Below, one piece after another: positions 1-13,030 of a stretch of 64,000 nucleotides of DNA. The position numbers were made by a program, and so were the translations under genes. Below the pieces are notes generated by a model. The model searched no databases, had not been told where the DNA came from, and was given only the letters and a program-made list of their open reading frames with translations. Within the stretch, counting starts at the first letter, position 1, and each line of letters starts with the position of its first letter. This stretch comes from Octopus bimaculoides (Eukaryota), in assembly GCF_001194135.2 (NCBI RefSeq), contig NC_068997.1:1726951-1790950 (forward strand), given 5' to 3'.

Positions 1-327
1 AGTTCTTTGACTGCTATTTCTGAATTTTCAGTATGTTGGAGAAGCAACTCAATTGCTAATCCCTTATATTTATGATGATAAATGGTCTTACCGATAAAGG
101 TTTTTTTCATACTGAACTACTTGGCAAAATTGTTAATTGTTAATTCTATTATTAATTGACGATTCCCTGCCCTCATTTCTTGTATATATATTTATATATA
201 TATATACACACATATATAAATGTATGTATGTATGTGTATGTATATCTATATATGTATATACATATATATATATATATATATATACATATGTATATATGTA
301 TCTATGTGTGAACCGAAGTGTATGTGT

Positions 328-644
328 GGAGCCACGTGGCTTAGAGGTTTGGGTATTCACTTCAAGATCGTATGTGCATGAGTGCGATTCCTGGCGGCGC
401 ATTGCGATCATGAGCAAGAAACTTTATTTCACGCTGCTACAGTTCACTCAGCTGGTAAAAACGAATTATGTTCAAAGGGATAGATTTTTAACATTCTGTG
501 AATCACTTCGAGGACTACATTAATGATATGCACGTGATGAGTGTGTGGAGTGCTCGGCCATTTGTACCTACGTCAGCTTCACAAGCATGCTGTTTGGTTA
601 ATCTGATCAAATGGAACACTAGTCGTCGTAACCGAAGGAGAGTC
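328..644 (+). mobile_element. tRNA-derived SINE (family E here), near full length, diverged
   Basis: A-box-like TGGCTTAGAGG (337-347) and B-box-like GTGCGATTCC (382-391), then a CORE-like GAGCAAGAAACTTTATTTCAC..CAGTTCACTCAGCTG segment and a tail ending GTCGTCGTAACCGAAGGAGAGTC. A short related piece (AAAAAGAGGCCCAGCCTTGTCACACT) lies at ~51285-51310. Confidence 0.7.
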
Positions 645-1208
645 AGGTCATATACGTATGCTTGTGTGCGTGCGCACGCGCTTGCAACTGTCCATAAATG
701 TGAATGCATGCGAGCGCGTGTATGCGCACGCTTGTGTGTGCGTGTGCGTATTCTTATGTATTCGCTGCTTCCATTCCCTCAACTGTTGCCAAGGTGGAGC
801 AGTCTTGAATCGTTTCAACGACTGTATTCTCTCCATTTACTGTGATTTTCAAGGACACATTTTACAGATGTCTTAAAGAGCGATTGATGGATACGATATA
901 CAGGTAAGGGGCATTACTGATAAGCAATCAATTAACACAGGGTACTTTAGTTCGGGTCACACCTAATCGGCCATAGTCGCAGGTTGGACATACAGACACA
1001 AACGGTTGAACATATACATACATAGATTCACACACACACACACACACACNNNNNNNNNNNNNNNNNNNNNNNNNNNNNNNNNNNNNNNNNNNNNNNNNNN
1101 NNNNNNNNNNNNNNNNNNNNNNNNNNNNNNNNNNNNNNNNNNNNNNNNNNNNNNNNNNNNNNNNNNNNNNNNNNNNNNNNNNNNNNNNNNNNNNNNNNNN
1201 NNNNNNNN

Positions 1209-1246
<38 letters not shown>

Positions 1247-3482
1247 GAGAGAGAGAGAGAGAAAGAGAGAGCGAAAGAGAGAGACAGAGAAATAGATGGA
1301 GAGATAGAGATAGATAGAAAGGTAGATAGATAGATAGATAAATAGATAGATAGATAGACAGATAGAGAGAGAGAGAGAAAGAGAGAGAACCAATTATGAG
1401 GGATTAACAATTTGGGCAAAACACTTCGTAAGCTCTCTGTTGGCACACCAGGCTAACAATATTACTTAGATTAGTGAAGAATTCCAGGTTATCTTTTTGG
1501 TAGGGTCCACAGTTATGGACCCTAATTCTATATTATAAATCCGTGGATGGGATCCAGACAAACTGGGTTTTACACAGAGTGGAATATAAGAAACAAGTTT
1601 AAAATAATTGTCATTACATATTTTTCCGTTACTGGAGCAAATTTGGCTTACAGCGGTTTCCAGTAAGCATTCTAGGCTCTGACGAAAGTAGCATTAATTT
1701 ACTTAGGTCGTTCAATTTTCCCTAGCCAATCAATAAACCAATTGAGTAAACCTATCAGTAATGTACCTATAATGATTACTGGAAACAGTAGCATGAACCA
1801 TTTTCCTTTTCTTTTTATATGCTCAGTCTTCTTCTACATACATATTTAACTCAGTTATATAAAAACGCGTGAAAATGCACACATCACATTGCGATCTGAT
1901 CGAAATTTTTCTTAAGCAAGGATTTCCTGTGTTGACGTATTGTAATTTAAATCTAAATCTCAGGCGAAAATGTAATGGTTACACTTCAATAAATTGTAAA
2001 CAGTATAAAAACTTTTCAACAGAACCAATGTCATTCACCATTAACGAAAATCAAAAGTGAGTTTAATGCAAAAAATGTTCAAAGCAACGTCACAACGTCT
2101 TGCTGTTTTCTGAAATTGTCATTACTAGAATAAAAGACATCCCCAATGTTGAATATTCTAAGTTAAAATTAATCAAGCATAAATTTCTTAGATCATAATT
2201 CCTCAGATATTTTTCGCCTTTGAATCTAAGATTTCTGTTTTTTCTTTTACAAAGATTTGATGTGGACAACCGAATTAATATTATGATCATAAATTTCTTT
2301 TTGGTTTTATTAATTAGGAAAAAAATCGATATCAATCACGAGCGAAAAGACAATATATTTTTTTTATTCTAGGTTTTACTTTATCTTATTTATTGTAATT
2401 TGGAAAACGGCTCCAAGGAAAATTTTAGGGTTTGCTTTAGTTTCTTGGAAAGATGAATCCATACCAAACGTTTTTTTTTGTTTGTTCTTGTGGAAAGATG
2501 AGAGAGATTTCTACCTAACTGTGACTGATCCTCAAAATTCGGCGGAGAAATATCAGCGTTTACACACGTAAACTGTATTTTCCAAAGACATTGGTTTCAA
2601 TAGATAAAATTACATACAGTAATTTTTAAAACTAGTCTGTCGACCAGGTTAGTTACAAAACACCCATGTGACTTCCTGCAGAAAATGCCTCACCTCATAT
2701 GAGATAACAAAACCAGATATGCTGAGATAAAAATATCAAATACATCTGTTACTTTCTGCAGTCAATGGTTATCTTTTTTTTCAAACCGACTAATATCGGT
2801 GTTCTTTTTCATATAAATATTTATATGCTAAGATATGACCATTAATGATTCTAATAAAATCCCAATAACAGACCGCAGAGTTGCCATTCCGTTCAGCTAG
2901 ATGTTTGTGTAAGGTTTGAAAGCCAAAATCCAAATAAATATAACAAAGAGCTGAAAATATTTCTCAACAATTCTCCAATAAGGATATTACTGCTTTTTAT
3001 AGAAATATTTACTATGAATGAAGAATATAAATATCTCTCAAGAGGATCATAAAGAAACAACAGATCTTTGGAAACTAGGATAATAAAATATGAGAGTCAC
3101 CTCAACGAATAATAGACTGGAATGTTTCTGCAGAATTAAGGAACTATGCTCAATATTTCGAAAAGGACAGAAATAATGGATGTAGCTGAGATAATAGTGT
3201 CAAGGTCAGATAAAACGCATAACAATATTTAATTATATTTTACCTCTAGATTATCCGTTCAAATCTTACGGGTTTTTATGGCATTCCTCTCTCAAACATG
3301 AAGAACCACTAACCAACCAACCAACGGAAATACACTCAAGGAGATACAGAATTGCAGTATCTTTGCGCTACATGAATGGCTCATGCGTCAAGAGGGGATC
3401 ATAAACATAAGATCATATATGTACACTCAGTTATATGTATGTATGTATGTATGTATGTTTGTATCTATGTATGCATACAAAT

Positions 3483-3544
<62 letters not shown>

Positions 3545-3570
3545 ATGTATATTGTGTGTACAGTCATATA

Positions 3571-3704
3571 TACGACTACTACTGTTGAGTATAGAGCATC
3601 GAGTTGATTATCATAATGTAGCCTGCTTCTAGNNNNNNNNNNTACGACTACTACTGTTGAGTATAGAGCATCGAGTTGATTATCATAATGTAGCCTGCTT
3701 CTAG
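3571..3704. other. Exact 62-bp duplication on both sides of a 10-N gap (probable contig-overlap artefact)
   Basis: 3571-3632 and 3643-3704 are identical and separated only by 10 Ns. Confidence 0.85.
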
Positions 3705-3854
3705 CTATCATAGCAGTTTGTTTACTACCACAATCGCCTAACGGAAACATTACTAGTTATAATGCAAAGAGTAAATGTTGGAGAAATAATGATAAACACA
3801 AGGTTACATCAGTTGTTCTTTAACAGCGTTTCAACGTTGTGGTAGTTTGGAATA

Positions 3855-3903
<49 letters not shown>

Positions 3904-4915
3904 TAAATCAGTATCAATAGCTAATGAGTTTCTAGATTGAGTTCCTTTTAAAAAAAGCAACGGTTATTTCCACATTAGAACCATTTAAAACTTTCATTTC
4001 TGGACAAGCTAAAGTAAACATTGATCAATTTTACTTTGGGGCCAATGATGAGCTCCATTTTAGTTTCCGAAAGATCCAGTGACCTGGTTCTAAACGGATG
4101 CTATGAGAACATTGAAGTACAACCGAAAATCATCACAGTACTTGATAACTGTTGTTCGTCCCTTCACAACAATTGCATTTGTTTATTGACAAATCGCTTA
4201 AACTGGGGTCCATAAATTATATATAAAACCCTTACGAGTTGTATTTTGACTGGTAGAACAAAAGATTTTGGTAGACTATTCCGTATAAAAATTATAAAGA
4301 AGTTGTAGAAATCATCAAAAGTCGAAGCGCGTACATAATATATCTGGGAAATGTCGGTGCATCACTGGATATTTCAAGGCAACAAATTCAAGGAAGTGAA
4401 CTGTTTTTTTTTATCAGTGACTAAGTGAAGGGAGAAACACCGTGAAAGCTTTTATCTATTCTCTTCTTATATTAATGGGATGGGGTGGGGGAACGAAGAA
4501 TATATATATATATATTATATTCACACTGGATATCTTAATCATACTTGTAACGGATGAAAGTTCTTTGACGAAGCACTTGAAGCACGCACTTAGTTTCGTT
4601 AACGTTGGTAGCAAATTACTTTTATCGCACAAAAATAAGAACACACCCACCAAATTCCAAGAAATTTTACTTCCAAGATTTATAAGATTCCTATAAAGGA
4701 ATACACATAACTAAAGCGTTGCTCGTTAGCAATTAAGGTGGAAGCCAAAACCGCGCATTTGAGAAGGGTGAAATTCTTAACCAGAACCATGGCCTATGCC
4801 GATCTCAGACGAGAAATAAAACATTAAACAAGTTTTGGTGTTGCCGTTTCCCCTCATAATGTCGGGTACTAAATGCAGCGATACCAATATTCCCATTATT
4901 GTATTTACCAAAATC

Positions 4916-4916
4916 G

Positions 4917-4975
<59 letters not shown>

Positions 4976-5060
4976 AACTACTGAAAACAACAATTAGGAT
5001 GACAGCAACCACAGTAACAGCAACAGCATCAGCAGCAACAACAACAACAAAATTAATAAC

Positions 5061-5097
<37 letters not shown>

Positions 5098-5140
5098 TTA
5101 AAAAAATAATAATAATAATAAAATAATAATAATAATAAAG
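4916..5140. repeat. Compound trinucleotide microsatellite (TAC)n-(CAA/CAG)n-(TAA)n
   Basis: Directly visible; explains the poly-T/poly-I ORF at 4873 and the poly-V ORF at 4905. Confidence 0.95.
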
Positions 5141-6137
5141 TCACAGTTTTATCCCCTAAATTGCACAAAGGGATATAAGAGTAGTTTTATAGCGAGATTC
5201 TGTGCTGAAGAACATAATGGTAAGTTCTATTAGAAAATAGTCGCCATCGATTCTGTTGGTGGCAATTTATGAATTGTTGAATGTAAAGCAAAAAAATGGC
5301 ATCAAAGGAGAATAGATATCTGTGTATATTGTAAGAGAATAATGGGAGAAAGGCAGAGTGGAATGTTGCTAGAAGAATGGATTAGAAGCTGGATAGGTGT
5401 GAAGGTAGATGTTTGGGTAAATGTTATAGGAGGAAGTGGACAGCTTGCTTCAGTGTGTTGACTCACGTATGTTATATATATATGTACCTATGTATGAGTG
5501 TGTATCTATAGATAACTAAATCATTTCTATGAAAATAGATTCATATAGATATGTGTGTGCGAGTGTGTGCTTGTGTGTGTGTGTGTGTGTGTGTCTGTGT
5601 GTGTGTGTGTGTAAATATATAAATATATGCGTTTGCATACAATGATGAATGTTCATATCGTTACTGGGAATTTGTTTACAGACCACCAATCACCCAAGAC
5701 CACAACCTCACCACCACCGTCACCGCCACCGCCGCCAACACCGCCATCAATTCCCATACTTTGATCGATAATCATTCTCTACCTTCGCCGTCTTTTCTTC
5801 TCTGTTCAACCTACAGCTTCAGTCCATCCAAAATTCTCTTTATTTTCTCTCCCTTCCGCCACCGCCACCTTCCCCATGTGTTTACAGAAACCGAGACTTT
5901 ACTATTTCCAGAAATGAATGCTTTACTATTTTCACGCTTTCATGAACAAAAGAGAGAGCGGAAAAGAGAAGAAAACAAAAAACAAAAAAAAGCTCCCGAA
6001 ATGAATCTCCGCCCAAAGAAGCTTTTGGTTGATCCGCAGTGAGAGAAACACTTCTATACGAATTTGAAGAAATTCTTCAAGCTCGCACATACAGTGTATT
6101 GCTTGCTTAAATATACATACACATACATATATATATA

Positions 6138-6370
6138 CTCTTTTACTCTTTTACTTGTTTTAATCATTTGAATGCGGCCATGCTGGAACACCGCCTTTAG
6201 TCGGGCAAATCGACCCCAGGACTTATTCTTTGTAAGCCTAGTACTTATTCTATCGGTCTCTTTTGCCGAACCGCTAAGTTACGGGGACGTAAACACACCA
6301 CCATCGGTTGTCAAGCGATGTTGGAGGGACAAGCACAGACACACAAACATATACGCACATACATATATAT
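6138..6370 (-). mobile_element. SINE family B, 3' half
   Basis: Matches the reverse complement of the 3' half of the copy at 17521-17905 (GCCGAACCGCTAAGTTACGGGGAC, GCGGCCATGCTGGAACACCGCC, TTTTACTCTTTTACTTG tail). Confidence 0.9.
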
Positions 6371-6617
6371 ATGAAACGGTTAGTTTAGAATAGGGGCAGC
6401 TGATGATGAAGGAAATGTTCTTTATGTGGTCTGTCTGTTCTTACCGTTGTCCGGAAAAAATGTTTGTATTCCGTGCTTTGTTTATGTTTCTCGTTTTTCA
6501 TTTTGTCCACGTTTTTTTTTGTGAGGTCTTGTACCCAGATATGCATCTATATATACATGTAGATGTAGGTATGCACATACATGTACGTATATATGCATAT
6601 ACTCACATATTATTTGT

Positions 6618-6694
<77 letters not shown>

Positions 6695-8099
6695 ATGTAT
6701 ATATGTGTGTGTATATGTGTGTGTATTTGCTTGTACATATGATTACGGTTTGACTCAGCTCCACATCATTCATGATTCAGGTGCCGTAGACAACTTCAAC
6801 ATCCGATGTTCTGGATAATAACTCTGGCATCTGATGATGTTGCCGTGTATTACACCACGAAAGTGTATGCAAAATGGAACTAAGTCGAAGTGATACTAAA
6901 TACATACAATTGCTTTCTTTCATCTATTCGCTCACTCGTGTGTATAATATTTATGCATGCTACATTTAATTACCTTAAATTTAGCTCGGATTTATAATAA
7001 AACTCGAGCTTGATTTAATGTAGTTAAATCATAGTAATTTAAATACTTCACTGCGAAACGTTAAACAGTTTAGATGCTATTTATCATTTACGCATACTGA
7101 AACTTAAGGTAATCTGACATGCTTCACGGCTTATTGACTGCTCATAGGATGGTAAATCTACATTCACCTTTCTCCCCATGAAGATACCTCCCGGCAAATC
7201 ACTAATCACATACAAACCAGTACTTAGCTCGAATCCCTGGAGCTAATTTGCATACTATGTCATTCATGGGCGAGGTACTTATTCTTTTTCTGTTACAGAA
7301 ATAAGAAACACTGACTATTTTTACATAAGTTTTCAATCTCGAGGCCATGATAAAACAAAAATATAGTTCAACTGATTTCAATTAATTTTGAGCTCCTACG
7401 AACTGCAACGTGAAAAAATATTTAGTACTAATTTCATTAGACTGCCTATGAACATGCGGCATTATTTCAGTGTAATCAATACAGCTATTAACTTGTTTGT
7501 GCTTAATTTTAATTGTGATTTCGTATGAATTCTCTTCTCGGGTATATGTATGCTGATTAAATTATCTTCTGTGAGTGAGCAACCAGCTATGAAACCTGCA
7601 AAGAATATCGTCATTATTTCTTTTTGTGATAAGTGATTAGCCATGAATATTTACCTTTCCAATTTATAATAGAGAAGGCTTTAAATTATTGAATTTAATA
7701 AGTTTAGGTTTATTGTATTCCATTTTTATCTCGCGCAGGCAATTATATACATAATGAAATTTTTGAGTATTTAATTACGCTGATGATAAACGTATGGTAT
7801 GTAAAGTAATCTAGCTACTGATTGTTCTTGTTCAGTAATCGTTTCTGGCAGGCTTACATGTGGGCTACAAAGTCTACTTGTGATCTGTAGCAGCGATGGG
7901 AAGTTACTTGATGCAACGGAGAAGTGATTCCTCTCGTATGCTCTTCTGTATTGTCTCTGTTGTTTCCTCTCAATGGATGGGAATTACGAGTTCAGTGATC
8001 GGTGCCATTCACTACACCGCAGAGCCTTCTCCCCCCCCCAGGAGCCTGCGGAGATGCTGGAGTTCTTCATATGTCTCTTCAGCACATCCCTATATTGCA

Positions 8100-8778
8100 A
8101 CCTCATGCAGACATGATCCGCCCAATGCAGCTGCAAAGAGGAAATGAGGGGTTCAGCACTAACCGCGCAAGTGCGGCGCTGAAATTCTGCATCAAGAATG
8201 CGATCCTACCATCTGATAAGCTACATGCCGAGACTGTACAACAGTTATCTTTCGAATGAGTGTGTGCCACAGGACTTCATGAACGCCCTGATAGTCACCA
8301 TTTACAAAAGGCAGGAGGATCAAGCAAAATGTGGGAAGCACAGGGGAATTTCTTTGTTGGCCATTGATGGCAAAGTGCTAGAGAAAATCATTCTCAATCG
8401 GCTGAAGAACATCTCAGGGCAGGTCTTACAAGAGAGTCAATGTGGCAATAGGCCACAACGAACATGATCTGCTCACTGCGACAGCTATAGGAAAAAAACT
8501 GCGGAACAAAACCAGCCCCACTTTGTGGTGTTTGTGGACTTTTCCAAGGAAATTGGCACGTTGGATCGAGAATCTCTTTAAAAGATGCTAGAGACTTCTG
8601 GATGCCTTCAGAAGCTTGTTAACATCATCAAGCATTCTGAAAGGACAATAGTCTCAGTTGGCAGGGAATTTAGAGAAACGCTTGCAGTCAACCATGATGC
8701 GAAGCAGGAGTGCATACTTGCTACTACCCATTTCTCTCTATATCTCATAGTTGTACTTGATATTATGAGGACCAATCT
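8100..8778 (+). mobile_element. RTE-clade LINE reverse transcriptase fragment (stops and frameshifts)
   Basis: VPQDFMNALIVTIYKR..CGKHRGISLLAIDGKVLEKIILNRL..LQESQCG, then MICSLRQL*EK, FVDFSK..DRE, GCLQKLVNII..KQECILATTHFSLYL: the RT domain 0-3 succession typical of RTE/BovB-like LINEs. Confidence 0.9.
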
Positions 8779-8816
8779 GCACACAGACATACACAGGCAC
8801 ACGTGCATATATATAT

Positions 8817-8848
<32 letters not shown>

Positions 8849-9595
8849 NNNNNNNNNNNNNNNNNNNNNNNNNNNNNNNNNNNNNNNNNNNNNNNNNNNN
8901 NNNNNNNNNNNNNNNNNNNNNNNNNNNNNNNNNNNNNNNNNNNNNNNNNNNNNNNNNNNNNNNNNNNNNNNNNNNNNNNNNNNNNNNNNNNNNNNNNNNN
9001 NNNNNNNNNNNNNNNNNNNNNNNNNNNNNNGTGGTACAGATAACAATAATAGTTTAACCAATATATTTAAGATAATTCAAAATAGTTTTCATGAACCCAA
9101 TATACTTAATATCCTTAAACTTTACACCCTATCTATAGCCCCTGAATTCAATACTGACATTATTTCATGATTTTTGTAAAAAATAACTACATCTCATTTT
9201 ATTTATTTTATTAACATACCTCTTATTGTGAAAATATTGGTTAAAGTATTATTGTTATCTGCACCACTATACTGTTACTCTATTCAGACTAAAAGAAAAA
9301 AAACCTATTTGAGAGTAACAGAGTTATTTTTCTATCATTTGTATATTTTCTATTTTATAATCTCAGAAACCAAACCTATTTTTAACGTACGAAGCTAGTT
9401 ATATGTGTCAAAGTTGATTGTATATTCATAATTAGGATTTGTTTCAAAAGAAAAAACAACGAAAACACAACAGTATAATGTTTCGGCATGGAATATATAT
9501 TACAGTCTGTAATAAGTAACTGTTATAAACACATGAAGACTTTTCCCCTCTAACAACTACGCACGCACACACACACACACCCACACCCACACCCA

Positions 9596-9632
<37 letters not shown>

Positions 9633-9643
9633 TCGTTTATTCG

Positions 9644-10124
9644 TTTACTCTTTTACTTGTTTCAGTCATTACACTGCGGCCATGTTGGGGCTTCGCCTTG
9701 AATTTTCTTTAGTCGAATGAATCGAAGTCAGTGCTTATATATTTTAAAACCTGGTACTAATTCTATTGGTACCTTTTCCCGAACCGCTAAGTTACGGGAA
9801 CAGAAACAAACCAGCACAAGTTGTCAAGCGGTGGCGAGGAAAGGCAAGCACAAACACAAAGACATACACACACGTGCACACACGCTCACACACACTTACA
9901 ATTACATACACACCCACAATTACACAAACATACACACACACACACACATACACACACACACACATACAGGACGATCTTGTTTCAATTTCCGTCAACCAAA
10001 TCCTCTCACAAAACTTTGGTCGACCCGAAACTATTATTGAAAGTCACTTGCCCAAGATGCCACACAGTGAGATTAAACTCGGAACTATGTGTTCGGAAAC
10101 AAGCATCTTAATACGCAGCCACGC
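9644..10124 (-). mobile_element. SINE family B, near full length with internal (CA)n tract
   Basis: Tail, internal microsatellite, CACTTGCCCAAG CORE-like segment and tRNA-like head all align in reverse to 17521-17905. Confidence 0.9.
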
Positions 10125-10538
10125 GCGAACCTACGTATACATATATGTGTGTGTGTGTGTGTCTGTGTATGTAGGCTATATANNNNNNNNNNNNNNNNNN
10201 NNNNNNNNNNNNNNNNNNNNNNNNNNNNNNNNNNNNNNNNNNNNNNNNNNNNNNNNNNNNNNNNNNNNNNNNNNNNNNNNNNNNNNNNNNNNNNNNNNNN
10301 NNNNNNNNNNNNNNNNNNNNNNNNNNNNNNNNNNNNNNNNNNNNNNNNNNNNNNNNNNNNNNNNNNNNNNNNNNNNNNNNNNNNNNNNNNNNNNNNNNNN
10401 NNNNNNNNNNNNNNNNNNNNNNNNNNNNNNNNNNNNNNNNNNNNNNNNNNNNNNNNNNNNNNNNNNNNNNNNNNNNNNNNNNNNNNNNNNNNNNNNNNNN
10501 NNNNNNNNNNNNNNNNNNNNNNNNNNNNNNNNNNNNNN

Positions 10539-10571
<33 letters not shown>

Positions 10572-10949
10572 TGTGTGTGTATGCTCGCTTGCAGATTGTT
10601 TTATAGTAAGATATCTGCTGGGAAGAAAAAAAGTGCAAACCCAGAAAAGAAATGTACATAGGTTGATGTTATTGTTATTGTCAGAAATATATGTAGAAGA
10701 AAGACCTTTTCAGGACTTAAAAGGAATCAAAGAGAATTATGCAGAAATGAAGAGAGAACTACGGAAAAATTGTACCTTGATAAACACATAACTACTATCA
10801 TCTTTTTGTTGTTCAAAAGTGGTAAGACCTGCCTTTCTAAAGCTGGCTAATCTCCACATCTACGAACTCGTCTTTATACATTTGGTCTAAATGACACACT
10901 TTTCATTCGAGCAGACACGTTCTTCTGTTTTACTTGTAATAAGATAAAA

Positions 10950-11167
10950 GGTGGTGAGCTGGCCGAATCGATAGCACGCCAGGCAAAATGATTACCGGTA
11001 TTTCTTCTGGCTTTGTCTTCTGAGTTCAAATTCAGCCGAGGTTGACAGCGTCTTTCATCCTCTAGGGGGTCGATGAAATAAATACCAGTTAAGCGCTGGG
11101 ATAATGTAATAGACTAGCCGCCTCTCCTCTAAAATTGCAGGCCTTGTGCCTGTAGCAGAAAGGATAT
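10950..11167 (+). mobile_element. SINE family A (tail type 1)
   Basis: GGTGGTGAGCTGGCCGAATCGATAGCACGCC head, TGAGTTCAAATTC B-box-like motif, CTTTCATCC..GGTCGATGAAATAAATACCAG central domain, GCAGAAAGGAT tail. Confidence 0.88.
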
Positions 11168-11289
11168 GTGTCCTAAGACATGTAACTCTCACGTTAGTCT
11201 CAAAAGGCATTTCGATACCCACACATTAGAGGTAATAAACACTGTGCCACGTAATGTGAGACATGTTTGCACACTTTGTGATGCAAATC

Positions 11290-11440
11290 TCCAACAGCTC
11301 TGGGAATCAAAAACAGCGTTTCTGCTCACGGACAAAACACATCTGTTAAGAAGTTTTCAAGCTTCGAGGAAAAGTTCCATGATGGAGTGAAGGCATGTGT
11401 CAGAGTGCAAAGCAAGCACTCTTAACACCTGCTTCAAGAG
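11290..11440 (+). mobile_element. Possible short RTE RT fragment
   Basis: LW..(frameshift)..FHDGVKACVRVQ resembles the FHDGMKAxV segment of RTE RTs; short and degenerate. Confidence 0.35.
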
Positions 11441-11921
11441 GAGCCCATCGTTTCCACATGTCAGCAAAAAGACTCTAAATTGTGGGTAAGGCTAAAAACC
11501 CATCTCTACCTCGTTCATGTTGAAGAGTACAATTAGAATATAGCATTGCTTGAAATCGAATTGCAGCAATCACACTCATATCCACACACCCACAAACAAA
11601 TACCCATCCAACCACAGGCATACACAAACGCAAGCATACACACAAACGCACACACAAACATACACATGCATGAATTAATATCAAGTCTTCATTAGTTTCA
11701 TTGCAGTAACTATTATTATTTTATGGCTACCAATTTATGCAAGTTCTATTTATCGATCCGCTAAGTTGTGAAATGTGAAGTTACACCACATCTTCACAAG
11801 GCATATTCAAGTTATAAAAAACTGCCAAAGGAACCGCACACACATACGCATTAGCATACATACCTACAAATATTTATATGTACATACATTCATGCATGCA
11901 TACATACATGCATACATACGT

Positions 11922-12200
11922 ACCCTGGGATTTATAACACTCTGCCTCAATACTAATCTTGAGAAGTTAAGGGTCTCAAAACCAGAAACGTGAAAGCTAA
12001 TTCGAAGACTACAGATCCAAGCCATCACTGGAACTGTAAAAGTCTGTAAAGTTTATCATTTAAATATATATGAGCATGCCTAGATATGCAACTATAGGCA
12101 TGACAATACACACATAAAACAAAACATAGGATTCTGCACACATACGTACATACATACATACATACATACATACATACATACATACATACATACATACATA
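11922..12200 (+). mobile_element. R4/Dong-like (REL-endonuclease) LINE 3' fragment, copy A, in (TACA)n
   Basis: TLGFITLCLNTNLEKL..SKPET*KLIRRLQIQAITGTVKVCK, homologous to the C-terminus at 30560-30740; flanked by (TACA)n on both sides. Confidence 0.8.
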
Positions 12201-12206
12201 CTTACA

Positions 12207-12704
12207 TCGGATATTAACATAAAACTGAAGATCACTGAAAAACAGAACACCTATGCTGATCCCGATTACAAGTTCAGGATTATACCTGTAAGTATTGGAG
12301 CCCTGGATATGCAACACACTACCTAAATACCAAACTTGAGAAATTAGGCTTCTCAAAACCAGAGAGGAGAAAACTAGTTCAAAGACTACAGATCCAATTC
12401 ATCACTGGAACTGTAAAAATCTGTAAAACTTTCCAGAAGTTTATCATTTAAATATATATGAGCATCCCTGGATATGCAACTATATGCATGAGAATACATA
12501 CATAAAACATACAAATCTGCACATATATACATACATAGATAGATAGATAGATACATACATACATACATACATACATAACCTGTTGTTGATGTTGAAATTC
12601 CAATGGAGGAGCCTTGGATCTACGTTAGAAACCGGTTCTTTCTCTTTTGGCAAGAAATCTTGAAATAAGTTGAATAATGACAAATATACATACATACATA
12701 CAAA
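12207..12704 (+). mobile_element. R4/Dong-like LINE 3' fragment, copy B, with 3' UTR
   Basis: SDINIKLKITEKQNTYA-DPDYKFRIIPVSIGAL then (frameshift) LEKLGFSKPERRKLVQRLQIQFITGTVKICKTFQKFII*; nucleotide-similar to copy A; UTR contains GGAGCCTTGGATCTACGTTAGAAACCGG. Confidence 0.82.
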
Positions 12705-13030
12705 ACCTGTTTTTGATGTTGAAATTCCAGTGAATGAGCCTTGGATCTCGGTTAGAAAACGGTTCGTTTTCTTTTGGCAAGAAATCTTGAAATAAACTGA
12801 ATAATGACATACATACATACATACATACATACATACAAAAATACCTTGTTGTTGATGCTAGAATTCCAATGAAGGAACCTTGGATCTAAGTTAGAAATCA
12901 GCTCTTTCTCTATTGGCAAAAAATCTTGAATAACATACATACATACATACGTACATACATACATACATACATACATACACACACAAACAAAAAAATATAC
13001 CCTACTGTTAATGTTGAAATTCCAATGAGA
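12705..13030 (+). repeat. Tandem stack of further ~125-bp R4/Dong 3'-UTR ends separated by (TACA)n
   Basis: Units at ~12705, ~12843 and partial ~13003 repeat the unit at ~12578 (CCTGTTGTTGATGTTGAAATTCCAATG..CCTTGGATCT..GTTAGAAA..GAAATCTTGAAATAA) and resemble 30770-30850. Confidence 0.8.

Noticed and set aside
2990-3130. Possible very old R4/Dong-type ORF remnant (FYRNI..ETTDLWK)
   Set aside because: Too short and stop-ridden to support.
6372-6544. Sequence with GCTGATGATGAAGG that I recall as a common octopus repeat
   Set aside because: No second copy in the window and no complete structural signature; it rests on recollection only.
6831-6865. Hammerhead-like core CTGATGA...CGAAA
   Set aside because: Stems I and III and a valid NUH cleavage site could not be formed with flanking sequence.
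11900-13030. CRISPR-like appearance of regularly spaced repeats
   Set aside because: The repeats are retrotransposon 3' ends and the spacers are microsatellite; eukaryotic context, no cas genes.
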